A stretch of 64,000 bases of DNA, taken from assembly GCA_964057225.1 (NCBI GenBank), contig OZ059897.1, forward strand, positions 6,758,001-6,822,000, given 5' to 3'. The position numbers and the translations under genes are program-made. How positions within the stretch are numbered: the first letter of the stretch is position 1; every line of letters begins with the position of its first letter. Below the pieces are notes generated by a model. It searched no databases, had not been told where the DNA came from, and was given only the letters and a program-made list of their open reading frames with translations. Source of the DNA: Auanema rhodensis. Taxonomy: Eukaryota > Animalia > Nematoda. Shown here piece after piece: positions 14,530 through 26,822 of the stretch.

Positions 14530-17500
14530 TTAAAAGGCTTGGGTGAGCATGTGTCGTTGGGCTAGAAGACGTGTACAACCGGCTTTTTGCCTGAAATGAA
14601 GCAGGTTTATTAGAAACAAGTAAGATAAAAGAAAATATTTTAAAGCTAATCATGAATGAAATTAGTTTGCTTTTTTTCAATTAAAGTGGCAAGATATTAC
14701 CTGTAGTGTGGGAGAACTCTGAAAGGTTGTCCATGGCCAGGAACAACCCAATCAGACATACAGATAATGAGATTGGCATTCTGTCGCTTAATAGCTGCAT
14801 CCCAAACTCCATCTTCAGCCATAATGTCCTTCTGAAAGGAATACAGAAATGAGACGAAAGATCAACATTTTAAATACAAACCTTGTCGCTAATCATTGAC
14901 TCGCTTGGAATCAAATCTCCGGCTACAGCCATGGTACCATATCCAGCTACATTATGAATGAGAACAGTGAGATCATGTTGGCTGTGTCCAGGAGTCTTCC
15001 AAACTTCAATGTTTTGTGATAGCTTGCGGTATGGTCTCTAGAACATTAATTCAATTATTAAAAAGTTTTTGAAAGATAACATACTTCTCTGAGCTCAGTT
15101 GGTGTAACATGACGTCCTATGTATTCCAAAGAATGGAATAAGATTGGCTTTTGAGCAAAGAAGTTCATGTTACCCATGAAACCTGGGTGACCGTGAGTGA
15201 TGACAACAGAATTGATTTGATCCAAAGTTACAGATTCTTTAGATAAACCTAAAACAGAAATACTTAATAAAATTGTTGAAATGAGTTGGAATTAATCTAT
15301 TTTCTAATTTATTTTTACTTTGATTTCTAAGAATTAAGCTGGTAGCATGAAGATATTTTGGTAGACATCACATGAACGTTGTATAGACGTTTTGAGTTTT
15401 GTCATCTTTGAAAGCAGCATTAAGCATTTGTCTGATTTCGTTGTTACGAACATCATTGAAGCAATACCAAAGTAGTATGAGAAGCCATATCTGAGCAATA
15501 GATAGAGCTGCTGCGATAGCAGCTAGTACTAAAGCTCCCATGTTAATTGTAGCTTTATGATCATAAAAGTCAATGTTAAATCCTTTAGCTATCACATTTC
15601 CAATGTTTTCTGATGCTGTTATGATGAAATAAACCAAGAACACCGTTATGGCTATACATAGAACAACAGTGGTGACTTTGAGAACAATCTTTGGCACGAT
15701 GAATACAGATTTTTCGCGTGCAAAGCCATACAAGGAAGCTACAATACAAAACATATGAAGTACATAGAGTGCTCCAACACAGCTAACAGATGAGGTGGCA
15801 AACAAATTGAATCTGTCAATGAAAGTATATGTTTTATGATGTATAGTATAGTTAGGATATACCCATATTCATGTAGTAATTGAATTGTTTTCAGAAAAGC
15901 AATTGTGAGAAATGCTGTATCGAATAAGCCAATAACGGAACCGATTGTTCGATATCGTTTACCTACACAGTATACTGTAGGGTTTAGGTCGAGATCTGCT
16001 ACATCCATTCTCATTCTCATGAACTCACAAAATATTTATGGAGATGGCCTTATAGAAAGCCTTGAATTCAAGCTCAAGTTTCAAGCTGGTTAAGTTTTGA
16101 ATAGGGATTATATTGATAAGGAAAATGATTATGAAGTGAATGGATGGGTCGTCAAGAACAGAATACACTAGACTGCTGGATGAAGTAAAGTTTGACTACA
16201 GATGATGATGAGATGAAGGCGACAACTTCTCTTACTCTTCTTCATGCACACATAAAGTTGTGAAGAACAGCTATTGCTTTGAAGAGTTTAGAGAGTCTGA
16301 GACCACAACTAGAAAAGAGAAGAAGATGATGAAAGAAAAAGAAACGAAGAGAGAAGTAGGTTGGAGCAGACGACAACGACGAGAACAAGATATAGTGAAT
16401 TGGCGAAGAAGAAAAAGAAGTAGAAGAAGATGTTGTATATGGAAGATGAAGTATTACAAGATGTTTGAAGATTATGAACGTTGTTGAATATTTCAAAGTT
16501 TTTCCTACTCGTCAACTACATATTCGGCACGTCAACCGGATGTGCATGGCGGACTTTCAAATCTTATTTAGTTACCTAACTAAGTAGATTGAATATGGCA
16601 GCTTAGGAAAGATGCGAAAAGAATATTGAAATGTTCCTTCAAAGACATCATCGAGAAAGTCGAGTACCTCACTCGTAATCATCCGACATTCGTTTTGGTT
16701 TTTCCTTTTCAAAGTGCACAGAAAACTTTTTTTTTGCCTTCAGATCAAAGATGAAGCACAAGTAGTAGCGTGAGTTTCTGATTTGCCAAACTATCTGTTG
16801 AGTCCGTGTCCAATGCTTATGAGGCTGTTGGAGATTTTGCTATGTTGAAGCTTCTTCCTTGTCTTGTTTCAGAGCTACTTTCATTTCTACTTTTTTGAAT
16901 TTGTTTTACATTAAAATTGAATATTGTTGAACAACATCAGATGCTTAAAATTCTAATGTTAAACTAACAAACATCAAAAAAAAAGAAGATGTTTTTTCGA
17001 TCCAAAATTAAGTTAAAATATTAGAAAATGCCACTGATGGAAGAGGAAGCTATTGCGCCTAATTATGAATGCTTACCAAAAACAACTTAAAGCCTAATTA
17101 GGCAACAGCTTATGGGCATTTTAAAAATTGTTCTTTTCGGCTTTTTAAGCGGAAAAAACTTTGGAACCGAAAAATAAACTATCAGCACGGAGAGTTGAAT
17201 AGACCAAATCTAAATCGACATCCGCATAGCAGAGGTGATGCTTCAAAAATCATTCGAAATACGTTTTTTTTTGTTGCAAAAAACAAAATGCCAAAAGAAA
17301 ATAATTTTCTTTGACAAGGGCACAGGAAATTAATGATTTTTTGAGAATTGAATTGAAGAAACAAGAAAATTTCTTTAAAACGTACTATGAAGAAGACGTT
17401 CAGTGTCACTTGATGATCCAGTATCTACCAAAACGATGTATCCATTGTCATTAATAAGGGTGATAGCTCCAACAGCTTCCAATTGAGCATCCTGTAAAAT

Positions 17501-18612
17501 CAAATTATGAATCAATCTAATCAAATGTTTGTTGAGTTACTTACCTTAAGTTGTCTAATGCTACCAGCTTGGAGAATGCTAACATTAACAGAATTCTTAG
17601 GAGCACTGGTTGATGTCCAGAGACGAGCCCAAGCATTTGGTTTGGTGGTACTTGGCTCAGGAGTGGTGCGTGGGGTTGTTGTTCTGAAAAAAATAAAACA
17701 ATCAGTTTTATTAAAATTAAAATTAAATTTAAAACATACGTGGTAGTGGTTGTTGTAGTTGTTGTAGCACGGGTCGTGGTAGTAGGGGCTTCAGTGGTTG
17801 TTGTGGTCGTTGGCTCGGTGGTGGTCGTGACAGCGATTTCTCGATTAGCGATAGTTTGCCATGTTGTGCTGAAGAATGAGAGATAATTAAAAAGTTAAAC
17901 TGTTTAAAATGATTACCGGTCCTTGATGTACCATGGAGCTTTTTTGGTGCTGCCGGAAAGAGAATTCCATTTTACTGGGGCTTGAGTAGGAGTGACAGTA
18001 TTCCAGTTAAATGGTGGTCTGGCAGATGAAGCACGAACTGAAACTTCTTTCATTATTCACGTTTGAATGTCAGATATTCATACTTTGAGGACGATTTGGC
18101 ATTCCACGGTTCATGTTGTCACGGCAACAGATGGATCGTCCCAATACAAACGATTGGTCACAGAGATATCCTACTGGACAATCTCCAATGCTTGATGGTC
18201 TACAGTAAGCATAGTCCGAAGACAGAAGAAGAGGTTCAGCTCCAAATGGACATACTGAAATGAAGAATATGAGAAATCAAATTTTTGTTCTCATTTGTAT
18301 AGAAAAAAATCTTTAAGACTGAAATAGTCTCACGGACATGAAGGTTAGTTTCAGCGTTGAAGCATAGTCTCACAGCAATCTTTTAATTTCTTTCAAAAAT
18401 CTTTTTTTTTTCTATTTATATTTATCTAAAATTCTTTATATATATATGTATCGTATATAGAAAGAATTATATATATAGATCGTGATCATGGATATGTATA
18501 CATAGGACATGTACTTTCACGTACCCTCTTAAGACCATGTTCAATGATTTAAGCTTATCATATTTCAGATTTGTTTGAATAGATTTCATACCGTTTGTAA
18601 CCTTCTCTCTCA

Positions 18613-18662
<50 letters not shown>

Positions 18663-19698
18663 ATCGTTCATCCATAAGATATATCTTCATTTTTTTCTGT
18701 TTTATTGTCAAACTCTCCTGTATCTCTCTTGTACATTCAATTTGAACTTTTTTCATTTTCACAGAGATTTATCGTCCTTTTATTTTTACAATACAACTAC
18801 AAATGGCTAGCTATAGTACTGTGTTTAAAGAGATCGAGAAGCGTGAGATCGATATATACATACCGCTAAGCCTTTTTTCTATATAATTTTCAAATATTAG
18901 TGAACGTTTATCCTTTCGGAATATGACCTTTCGTTTGTTTTTTCGTCTTTTTTTTTGTCATTCACATGTCTTAAATCATATGATGAAGATGTTGCTGTCG
19001 AGAAAGAAAAAGCTTTACCTTTTCAAACTCAATAGGTGAATGTAGCTTTCAACTATCTTGACCACTTGACTGTGTGCAATTCATAGAATTGAAACTACTA
19101 TACATTCACAAAGCCTAGATAGATTCATCAAGATTCCGTTTCAAACACACACACACACACACAAAAGTAGATGGATAGATACCCACGATTCGAGTAAGCA
19201 TAGGACGACAAAAAACAGAAACAATCAACATGCTATCTAAGCTGTTACAGCCTATTATAGCAAGCTTATATAAGATATTCTTGAATTTTTGCTTACAGAC
19301 TCAATGCATTCACAACGAGTTGACCAATATTTTCTTTTTATTTCAAATAACTTAAAAAGGATCATATGTATATTGACTGAAGGAATTGAGACGTGATTGT
19401 GTTGCGTGAACACTTGTATCTCATATTTCTTTTCTCACTTTTTCTCTTTTTCTTTCTCAGAAAAACCTACAATTATTGAACTGGGTGGATGTGTTCAATT
19501 GATTTTTTCTTGGAGAAGAGAGGAACGTTTTCTAGCGATTGACAATCAAAAAACAATTTTGTGAAAGAAAATAGATAAATCCATTGACCTTTTGCGTATA
19601 AGTTTCTTCTATAGATTGAGCAAAATACATGTCGCATTGTGCAATTACTATGAAGAAAATAAAACGGTGAGCATATATAGGTGAGAGATGAGGTTTCA

Positions 19699-19782
<84 letters not shown>

Positions 19783-22268
19783 CATATCGCCTAAAGAGAG
19801 TAGTGAAAGAGAAAAATAGGAACTGTTGAGAGTAAAGATCGACGATGGGTGTGGTTGTGAACACAGACAACGACGATTGTCTAATGTTCTGAGAGCTGTG
19901 AAGGAAGGTGCGAAGTTTTCTAGCATGTAGGTGACAGTTACTTTGCGTTATCAATCAGAATGAACACTTCTTACTCAAGTAGATGAAGAGGAAAAAGAAG
20001 ATGAGCAGAAGATATGAGTTGACGATAAGCAAATTTGCATAGCGGTCACCTGAGAGATAATTCTGATGTAAGATGATGACGTGTGAAGAAGATGAGAAAA
20101 AGCTAACATCTTCAGACTGTCACTCTTGAAGCCATTAAAGGTTCAATAATAAGAATTTCATAGAAATATTTTTCTAATGAACGTCTTACTGTAAAGCGTT
20201 AGTGTACAAACTTATGAACAGCTTATTTGAGCGTATTGTACCGTTTAAGTCATCTTCTTCCTTATTCTCTTTAAACCTAAGTTGTCGTTTAAGCTTAAAG
20301 TCAATGATCAATAGCTTTTCCTTACCAACAAATGACGTCATATAGGAAGTGTATATACATATATACATATGTATGTTTGTATTTAGATGACAAACACCTC
20401 TCCCACCCAATTTTGTCCCTAAACATCAACATCGTCTTGCCAAGTTGTAATACTTAAACCTTTTTTCAACCCTACAGCAAGATGCTTAGGTAATAGCGAA
20501 TAGCTGAAGTATTGACGTAATACGATACATATAGAAGAATCAAATAGAATCATTGAGATATCTGCATAAACGTGGGCATACAATAACTTAAAGCCATGTA
20601 GATATGAGAGTGAAATGTAGACAGAGGATGAGCTAAAGAGAGAGAGAGACTAGAGAGGTGAGAACAAAAGAGTTTCAGATAGAATCTCCATTTGCACGTG
20701 CTCTGCCTCGAGTTTGTGAAAGCTTAAGCTTTGATTAATCTAAAGAGTTCATAAGATTTTCATCAGAAAAGTCAATTGTCTTGACCATCATCGCACCCCA
20801 TTTCTTCTCTTGCTATATCATTTCATTTTCTTTGAAAATCTACGAGTACAAAACCAAAAATAACAGAAAAAGCTGTAAATATACAGTGATTGACCAGTGT
20901 CAAAGTTTGCTGATAGGCAAGAGACAGATGAAAGAAAAAAAAATAAGAAGAAGGAAAGATTAATGAGCGTGGACAACAAACTATTTGCCTCCAATTCATA
21001 GCAATATCTTTCGCAGTAGACAAGCTTCCTTCCGACAGCTTTTTCTCATTTTTTATCGAAATCTTTCTTCTTTAGAACAAACAAATTGAAATGTCTTCAT
21101 CACATTTATTCTTTCGCATCATCATCATGATCTTCTCATCATCTTCCTTCCCGAATCCTCACGCAAGCTGTTAGCAAGGGAACGACGTTGGTATGACGTT
21201 AAGGCCGTTTCGACAATATTCTCTCACTCGTATCTCACATAAGCTGACCTTTAACATTGAAAAAGCTAATGTAAATAGTCCGTGAAGCTTCTATCGCCCT
21301 ACTGACTATCGCTCGAGGCGTGTTTCCGATTTTGCTGGCCGTTCTGTCGACTTTCTTTATCGCTTTCCGAGAGATTTTAATGGGATTAAACGTTTCTTCG
21401 TCGTCTTCCTCGCAATCATTAGACAAATGAGAGAAAAAACAGATGAAAACGGTAAAAACCCATATAAGACGAAGAAGAAGCTGAGAGAACGAATACGGTA
21501 CAAATGAGAATTTTGGGTTTTTTCTTGTTTTCACAACGAATTAGCGCTTACCGCGTGAGATTGTGGATATAACGAAGGTACGTGCCCACATTTCAGATGT
21601 CACTTTCACGATATGATCGTGATATAAGTAAAATGGGCGAAAAGCTAAGCTCATATTAACAACTTTTCTTAACCTTCTCGCGCATACAGCATTTTTTAGC
21701 AAAAAATGTTGAACTGACCGTCTTGGCGACGAGTTGTAGTCGTTGGAGCATGGGTGGTCGTTGTTGTAGTCGAGCTCGTTGTTGTCGTTGGTCTGGCTTT
21801 TATTCCAGCTGGAGCAAGAGTTGCCGCTGGCTTTTCATTTCCGAAACCGAATAATCTGAGAAAAACGTTCAAATATCCACAAGATCGTCATATATCAAAA
21901 GGATATTACCTTAAAATAGTTCCAGCTATATCACCTTCTCCAATAGAGTTGTCGTCGGGTAAGCTCTTTCTACTAGCCAAAATCCATTGTCGTAATTGTT
22001 CTGTTGTTGCTGGGGTAGAAAAAACTGAAAATTTATAAGTTTATGAAAGGAAATAGCTGTTAAAGCATTTAATTCTCAAATAGATGCAACAGTTTGAGAA
22101 ACATAGTGTGCTTTTCTGCTTTTCGTATAGTAAATGAAGTATTTGAGACAATACATACTGTTTATATACAGAAAATATATGATAAATGATAAAAGTTTGA
22201 AGAGAAGTAATTAACTAACCTGGAAGAACAAGTAGAAATCCAAGTAAGAAATTGCTCGTCAATCGCAT
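14530..22268 (-). CDS. Secreted multidomain protein: signal peptide, Thr-rich mucin tracts, lustrin/WR1-type Cys module, C-terminal MBLAC1-like metallo-beta-lactamase fold with a degenerate metal motif
   Basis: Phase-compatible exons: MRLTSNFLLGFLLVLPVFS (ATG 22268) / ..PTTTTSSTTTTTTHAPTTTTRRQD / VCPFGAEPLLLSSDYAYCRPSSIGDCPVGYLCDQSFVLGRSICC / TTTTEPTTTTTTEAP.. / IVLVDTGS / VVITHGHPGFMGN / KTPGHSQHD..AVAGDLI / WVVPGHG..LTQAF* (stop 14530). Confidence 0.85.
15368..16020 (-). CDS. Two-exon 4-TM membrane protein (LAPTM/tetraspanin-like topology) nested in the host intron 15249-17385
   Basis: ORFs 15739-16020 and 15368-15805 join in frame through a short intron (HEYG^FNLFATS). Four hydrophobic segments; the C-terminus NVYTTFM* contains a YxxPhi motif; AATAAA at 15308-15313 on the minus strand. 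Confidence 0.8.
19704..19780. repeat. Long (GA)n microsatellite, representative of many (e.g. about 460-500, 3156-3210, 4257-4318, 6783-6828, 8124-8165, 18617-18660, 45596-45672, 60884-60957)
   Basis: Directly visible dinucleotide runs. Confidence 0.95.
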
Positions 22269-22558
22269 TTTCACAATCCTTTAGTTTATATAATATATAT
22301 TGTGTATATGTTGTGCGTGGGTGAGATAAATTGAGAGAATGAGAGTTCAATATATGGAAGATCTGATGAAGAGGTTTGAAACTAATTCAATTCTTTGAAA
22401 TTGAATAAATATTTCCAACAAATATTATCAGCTTTAGGCTTAGAATTAATCAGACGGTGTGAATCGGATGGGGGACTGTGAAGGTAATGAGGGAGGGAAA
22501 AGGGGGAGTAACAGGAGGGTGTCAATTGGTCTCGTCGGTAGACGATAACGATTCGTCT

Positions 22559-22568
22559 CCTTATATAG
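22559..22568 (-). promoter_or_regulatory. Putative TATA box (CTATATAAGG) about 300 nt upstream of the ATG of the secreted MBL-fold gene
   Basis: Reverse complement of ccttatatag, beside a GC/purine-rich block at 22455-22560 and upstream of ATG 22268. Confidence 0.35.
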
Positions 22569-25500
22569 TCTCCACCTTCTCATCGTCCAGCCCACCATAG
22601 TTGACGCAAAAACCTCAAGACCTTCTATCTCTTTCTCTCTTTGCTCGGGGTTGAGCAATATGGAAGGAGTAAGTAAAGATCATGTAAAAGATGAGAGACA
22701 CAGATTGTAGTGTAGAAAAAGAAAATACGAGAGATATGACAGGAAGGTGAGAAGAAAGAGAGAGTGAGAAAAAGAGCAAAAGAGAAAGAGAGAGAGAGAG
22801 GCAAGAATGAAAGAAACATCTTCCAACGTGAGCATTGCCACCAATGGTCAGTTTTGTCTTTTTCTTTGTTTGGAAGTACCAGAAACTGAATACATAACAA
22901 GTACACAAATCATTTCCATCATCTAAAACGAAACTTTGTCATAACTTATATATATAAATAGTTAGATATATAACTATATAACTATATAATTAATAATAGT
23001 TTAGAGCAATTCTCACTTTCGTATATGTGAAGAATACGGTAGCATGAGGGTTTTTTTTTCTTTCCTTTCTTTTTCCCCAAATAAGGTGCTTAAAACCTCA
23101 AACGGATTTTAACAAAATTCACAAAAAAGAAAACAATACCTGGATTATATGTGATCGTTTAAGATGATTCTATTCTTTTTATTTTTCTTCTAAAATTTGT
23201 TTTACAAAACAGCGGAAACGACCGGTACAACAACATCAAAATGAATTAAATGAGGTTCACGTAGAAAGGCGCCAAAATAACGTGAACGACGATTTCAAAA
23301 AAAAAAAAAACAATTATTATTATTATATTTTATATAATAAAATATATAAAATACAAATATTATAAATACAAAAAAAATATAAAATGAACTATAAACTTCA
23401 AAAAATATTTTATTTGAGAATACAAAACAGATTTGACGTTCTTCACAGATATTTACAGATCATTTTCTCAATTAATTTGCACAACACGAGGTGTTTCTTT
23501 TAAGTCAAAAAGCAATAAAAATACAAAAAAAAAGTAATGTCAATAGCTCATTTTTAATCTTTTTACTTGTTTAGGTATTATTCATAGATAATTCATCCCG
23601 ATTCACCATCAATCTTCATTTTTACCTCTTCTTCCACCCATGTCCAATTCTACATCCTTTTCAGTCTCTTTCAATCTCTCCCTCTCTCTCTCTCTATCTT
23701 TCTCTCTCTTTCTCTCTCTCATTACTTTAACATATGGTCCCTCTAAGTGAACTCCATCCCCAAAGAACAATTCCTCTCTTACTATTGAAAATATAATAAT
23801 CGTACATTCCCATAATGCATCTGAAGATGTCTTCATTGAGAGCTTTTTGGCATAAAAACTAAAGTTTCACTCCCTTTTCTCTCTTTCTTTCCCTCTTTAT
23901 GTACACAAAAATCACAATAAAAAAATTATTATTATTATTATTATATCTCTTTATTCTATAAATATCCATTTGAATTCATTTTAACCCGCGAAATGTTCGT
24001 CCGCCAAATGGCTGTTCAGTTCCGGTGCAAGAAAAATTGCGTTCAAACTTTGTGAATGCCTTATATGGTTCAGTCAGTTCAGTCGGTAAAACTATCTCTG
24101 TATGTATGACTACTCTTAGATTTCTATAATATTTTCGATATCTTGTTATATTTTCTTTGCTTACCTGTCTGTCTGCAGACATAACATTCCCTGTTCTCTC
24201 AGTTACATTGGTTCATCGTGCGTGTACGCTTATTGTGAACAAACTTTCGGAACCAAAGTAAACAAATTCAACGAAAGTTGCAAAGTTGAGTGCATAAAAA
24301 TATTTGGACAGAGAGCATAAAGTATAAAGGTTAAAAGTAGATTATCACATATTTTGTATAATATTCTTGAAAATGTATTTCTTATATAGCAGTAGCTTCA
24401 TCATATAGAGATTCTGAAGAATATGCTTCAAATTGAGATTATTTACTCTCGATGAACAGATTTGACTTCGCTCGTCCGTCGGCCTGGTATTCTGTCTCTT
24501 TCAAAAATCATTCCGTAAATTTTGGGAAAATGATATTGAAATGACAAACGAAATCTAACAACGAAATGGTAAGGAGTGAGGGAAGGGAGAGTTTGAGGTC
24601 AACTAGCACCCTATTATTGTGCAAAAAGAAGTAGTTTTGATCTTTGTATCTGTCTGGTTTGAACTATAAACTTAGTAAATGCAGCATTTTCTGTTGTATG
24701 TTGTTGCTTTGAATCTCAAATTTTGTTGGCGAATAGTTTAGACATGTGATTCTTCACTATTCAGACATTCTGAATACAAATGAATCGCTCAGCTGTTTTT
24801 TCTCTTTACAATTAGATTTCTTTACTTTCGCACTCACAGTGCAGTGAGAAAGACTATTGTGTTATAACTGAAAATTAATAAAAAAAAATGAGATCGATTC
24901 AAATTTGCACAATCTGCTGAAGTCAGATGCTACAGCAAATGCTTTAGCTTAATTTTTTTCCAAGTTGGCGAGTGAAAAGTAAGCAAAAGGTGAGGAGAAT
25001 CGCTGTTTTCGAACGTCGGCTGTTGGATAAAAACGAACAACGACGATAAACCGGGTGGCAAAAAGTTGAGAAGATCACGTTGACCCCAATTGACACGTGA
25101 AAGCTTTGGGAATAATCGTATAAGGAAGTTTTTTTGCGAACCATAAAACAATGGATTGTTTTAGTCAAATGGGTGTGAAATTGAGCACCAATATTTGCAG
25201 TGAAAAACGATTACACTCAAATAAATAGATGTTTTTGTTGTTTATTTCTTTGAAATACTAACTATTCTTTCATAAAATTATAATTAATTTGGTTATTTAA
25301 TAATAGAATTGTAGTATATTTATCTAATTGAATACTATTTCGCTGCTAACTAGGTGCAAAGTTTAGTGAAAGATGTGTCAATAAACAGTTTGAAAGTCAA
25401 CAATCAGCTCTTCTTCTGACTTTGATAATTGCCGTTTGCGGAAACTGTCAACGTCTTCTAACATCATCTCTGCTCGCCAGACACATCATCCTCTTCTTCG

Positions 25501-25767
25501 TCGTCATCATTATCGCCTTCTTCACCTGATTGCCTTTCCCTAACTACCTCAGAAGCTCAGAAGAGATGATAGCTCTTGAAGATTGATGAAGATACTCTGT
25601 TGTACGTTTCGACTCTCTCCTTTATGCCAACATAGACTTATAAGAAGGTGAGTAAATCGTATGGTAATCGTATGACCATAACAAGCTTTCATTCAACATT
25701 AAGCTTCAAGTCATCTTTGGTTTCTTTCTTTCTCTCTTTCTCTCTCTCTCCTTCTGTCTCTTTACAC

Positions 25768-25816
<49 letters not shown>

Positions 25817-26822
25817 GCTTGCTTTATATTTCCAGAGTTTTGTCTCAAATATGGTCAACTATCAGAGAAATTATAATGTATAAGCAGTGTCGTAAGGCTT
25901 TATAAAGTTTGTCACTTCGTATACTTTGTACTCATATATTTCTCACCTAGAAATGTTATAATTCTGTGTGAAAACTTCATCCTCTTCTCGTTGTTTTTTT
26001 AAAAACACGAATAGTCAGTTTCTATTTAAGCTTTGCACTTTTGATAAACGAAAAAGGACATCGAGACACACGTAGTAGCAGCACATCTATTTGCTCATCA
26101 TGTTACGAAAAAATTGTCGCTATGCTTCAAAGAGATTATATACGTGTTCGAATATTCTTTGCAAGTTGGTTTTTTGTTGGGAAAAAAGCATTTCTTCAAA
26201 GATGAGCTGAAACAAAGTTTTAAAGTTTTTCAGCAACATCTTTCAACTATATTTCAACATTTCCATATAGCATGATGTTCGGACATATGGGAGCTATGTA
26301 CTTCAGGATCATCAAAAGCGGAGGTTACCGTTCGGTGTTCGTCGGCTACTGCCACTTCAAACAAATGTCTCTCACTTCCTCTCAAAATCAAAATTTTAAT
26401 AAAAAGAAGTCAATGAGGGGGAAAATGTCGAACTTTTTTTCTGAGCTATTGAATCATCTTTTTCGAGCCTCTGACTATACGAACAGTCAACTTTTCTAAG
26501 CTATTGTATAACATCTACGTTAACACATCCTTCGAAATTAGGTAAACTGTTCAAATAAACAAAAAAAAGTTGTTAGAATTTTTTTTTGTTGGAAAAAAAA
26601 TTGAAAATAAAAATATAAAATAATAAATAAACTAATAAATATAATAAATTATTACTTAAAAATACATAAAAAGATTAGAAAAATAATAATTAGATGAATA
26701 TGAAGGATGATATATATCTATTCATATTTCTAATTGTTTTTGTTTATTTTTTTTATTAAATTTCGGTAACTTATTCTACCCGTAAGACGATCATATTTTG
26801 GCATTTTTTCCTTATTTCTTAA

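Noticed and set aside
17091-17103. GCCTAATTAGGC palindrome equal to head-to-head nematode telomere units
   Set aside because: A single unit on each side; too short to support a telomere fusion or DNA-elimination site.
21235-21534. GC-richer open frames on both strands inside the MBL-gene intron
   Set aside because: No compatible splice sites or start codon that I could establish, and no recognisable homology.
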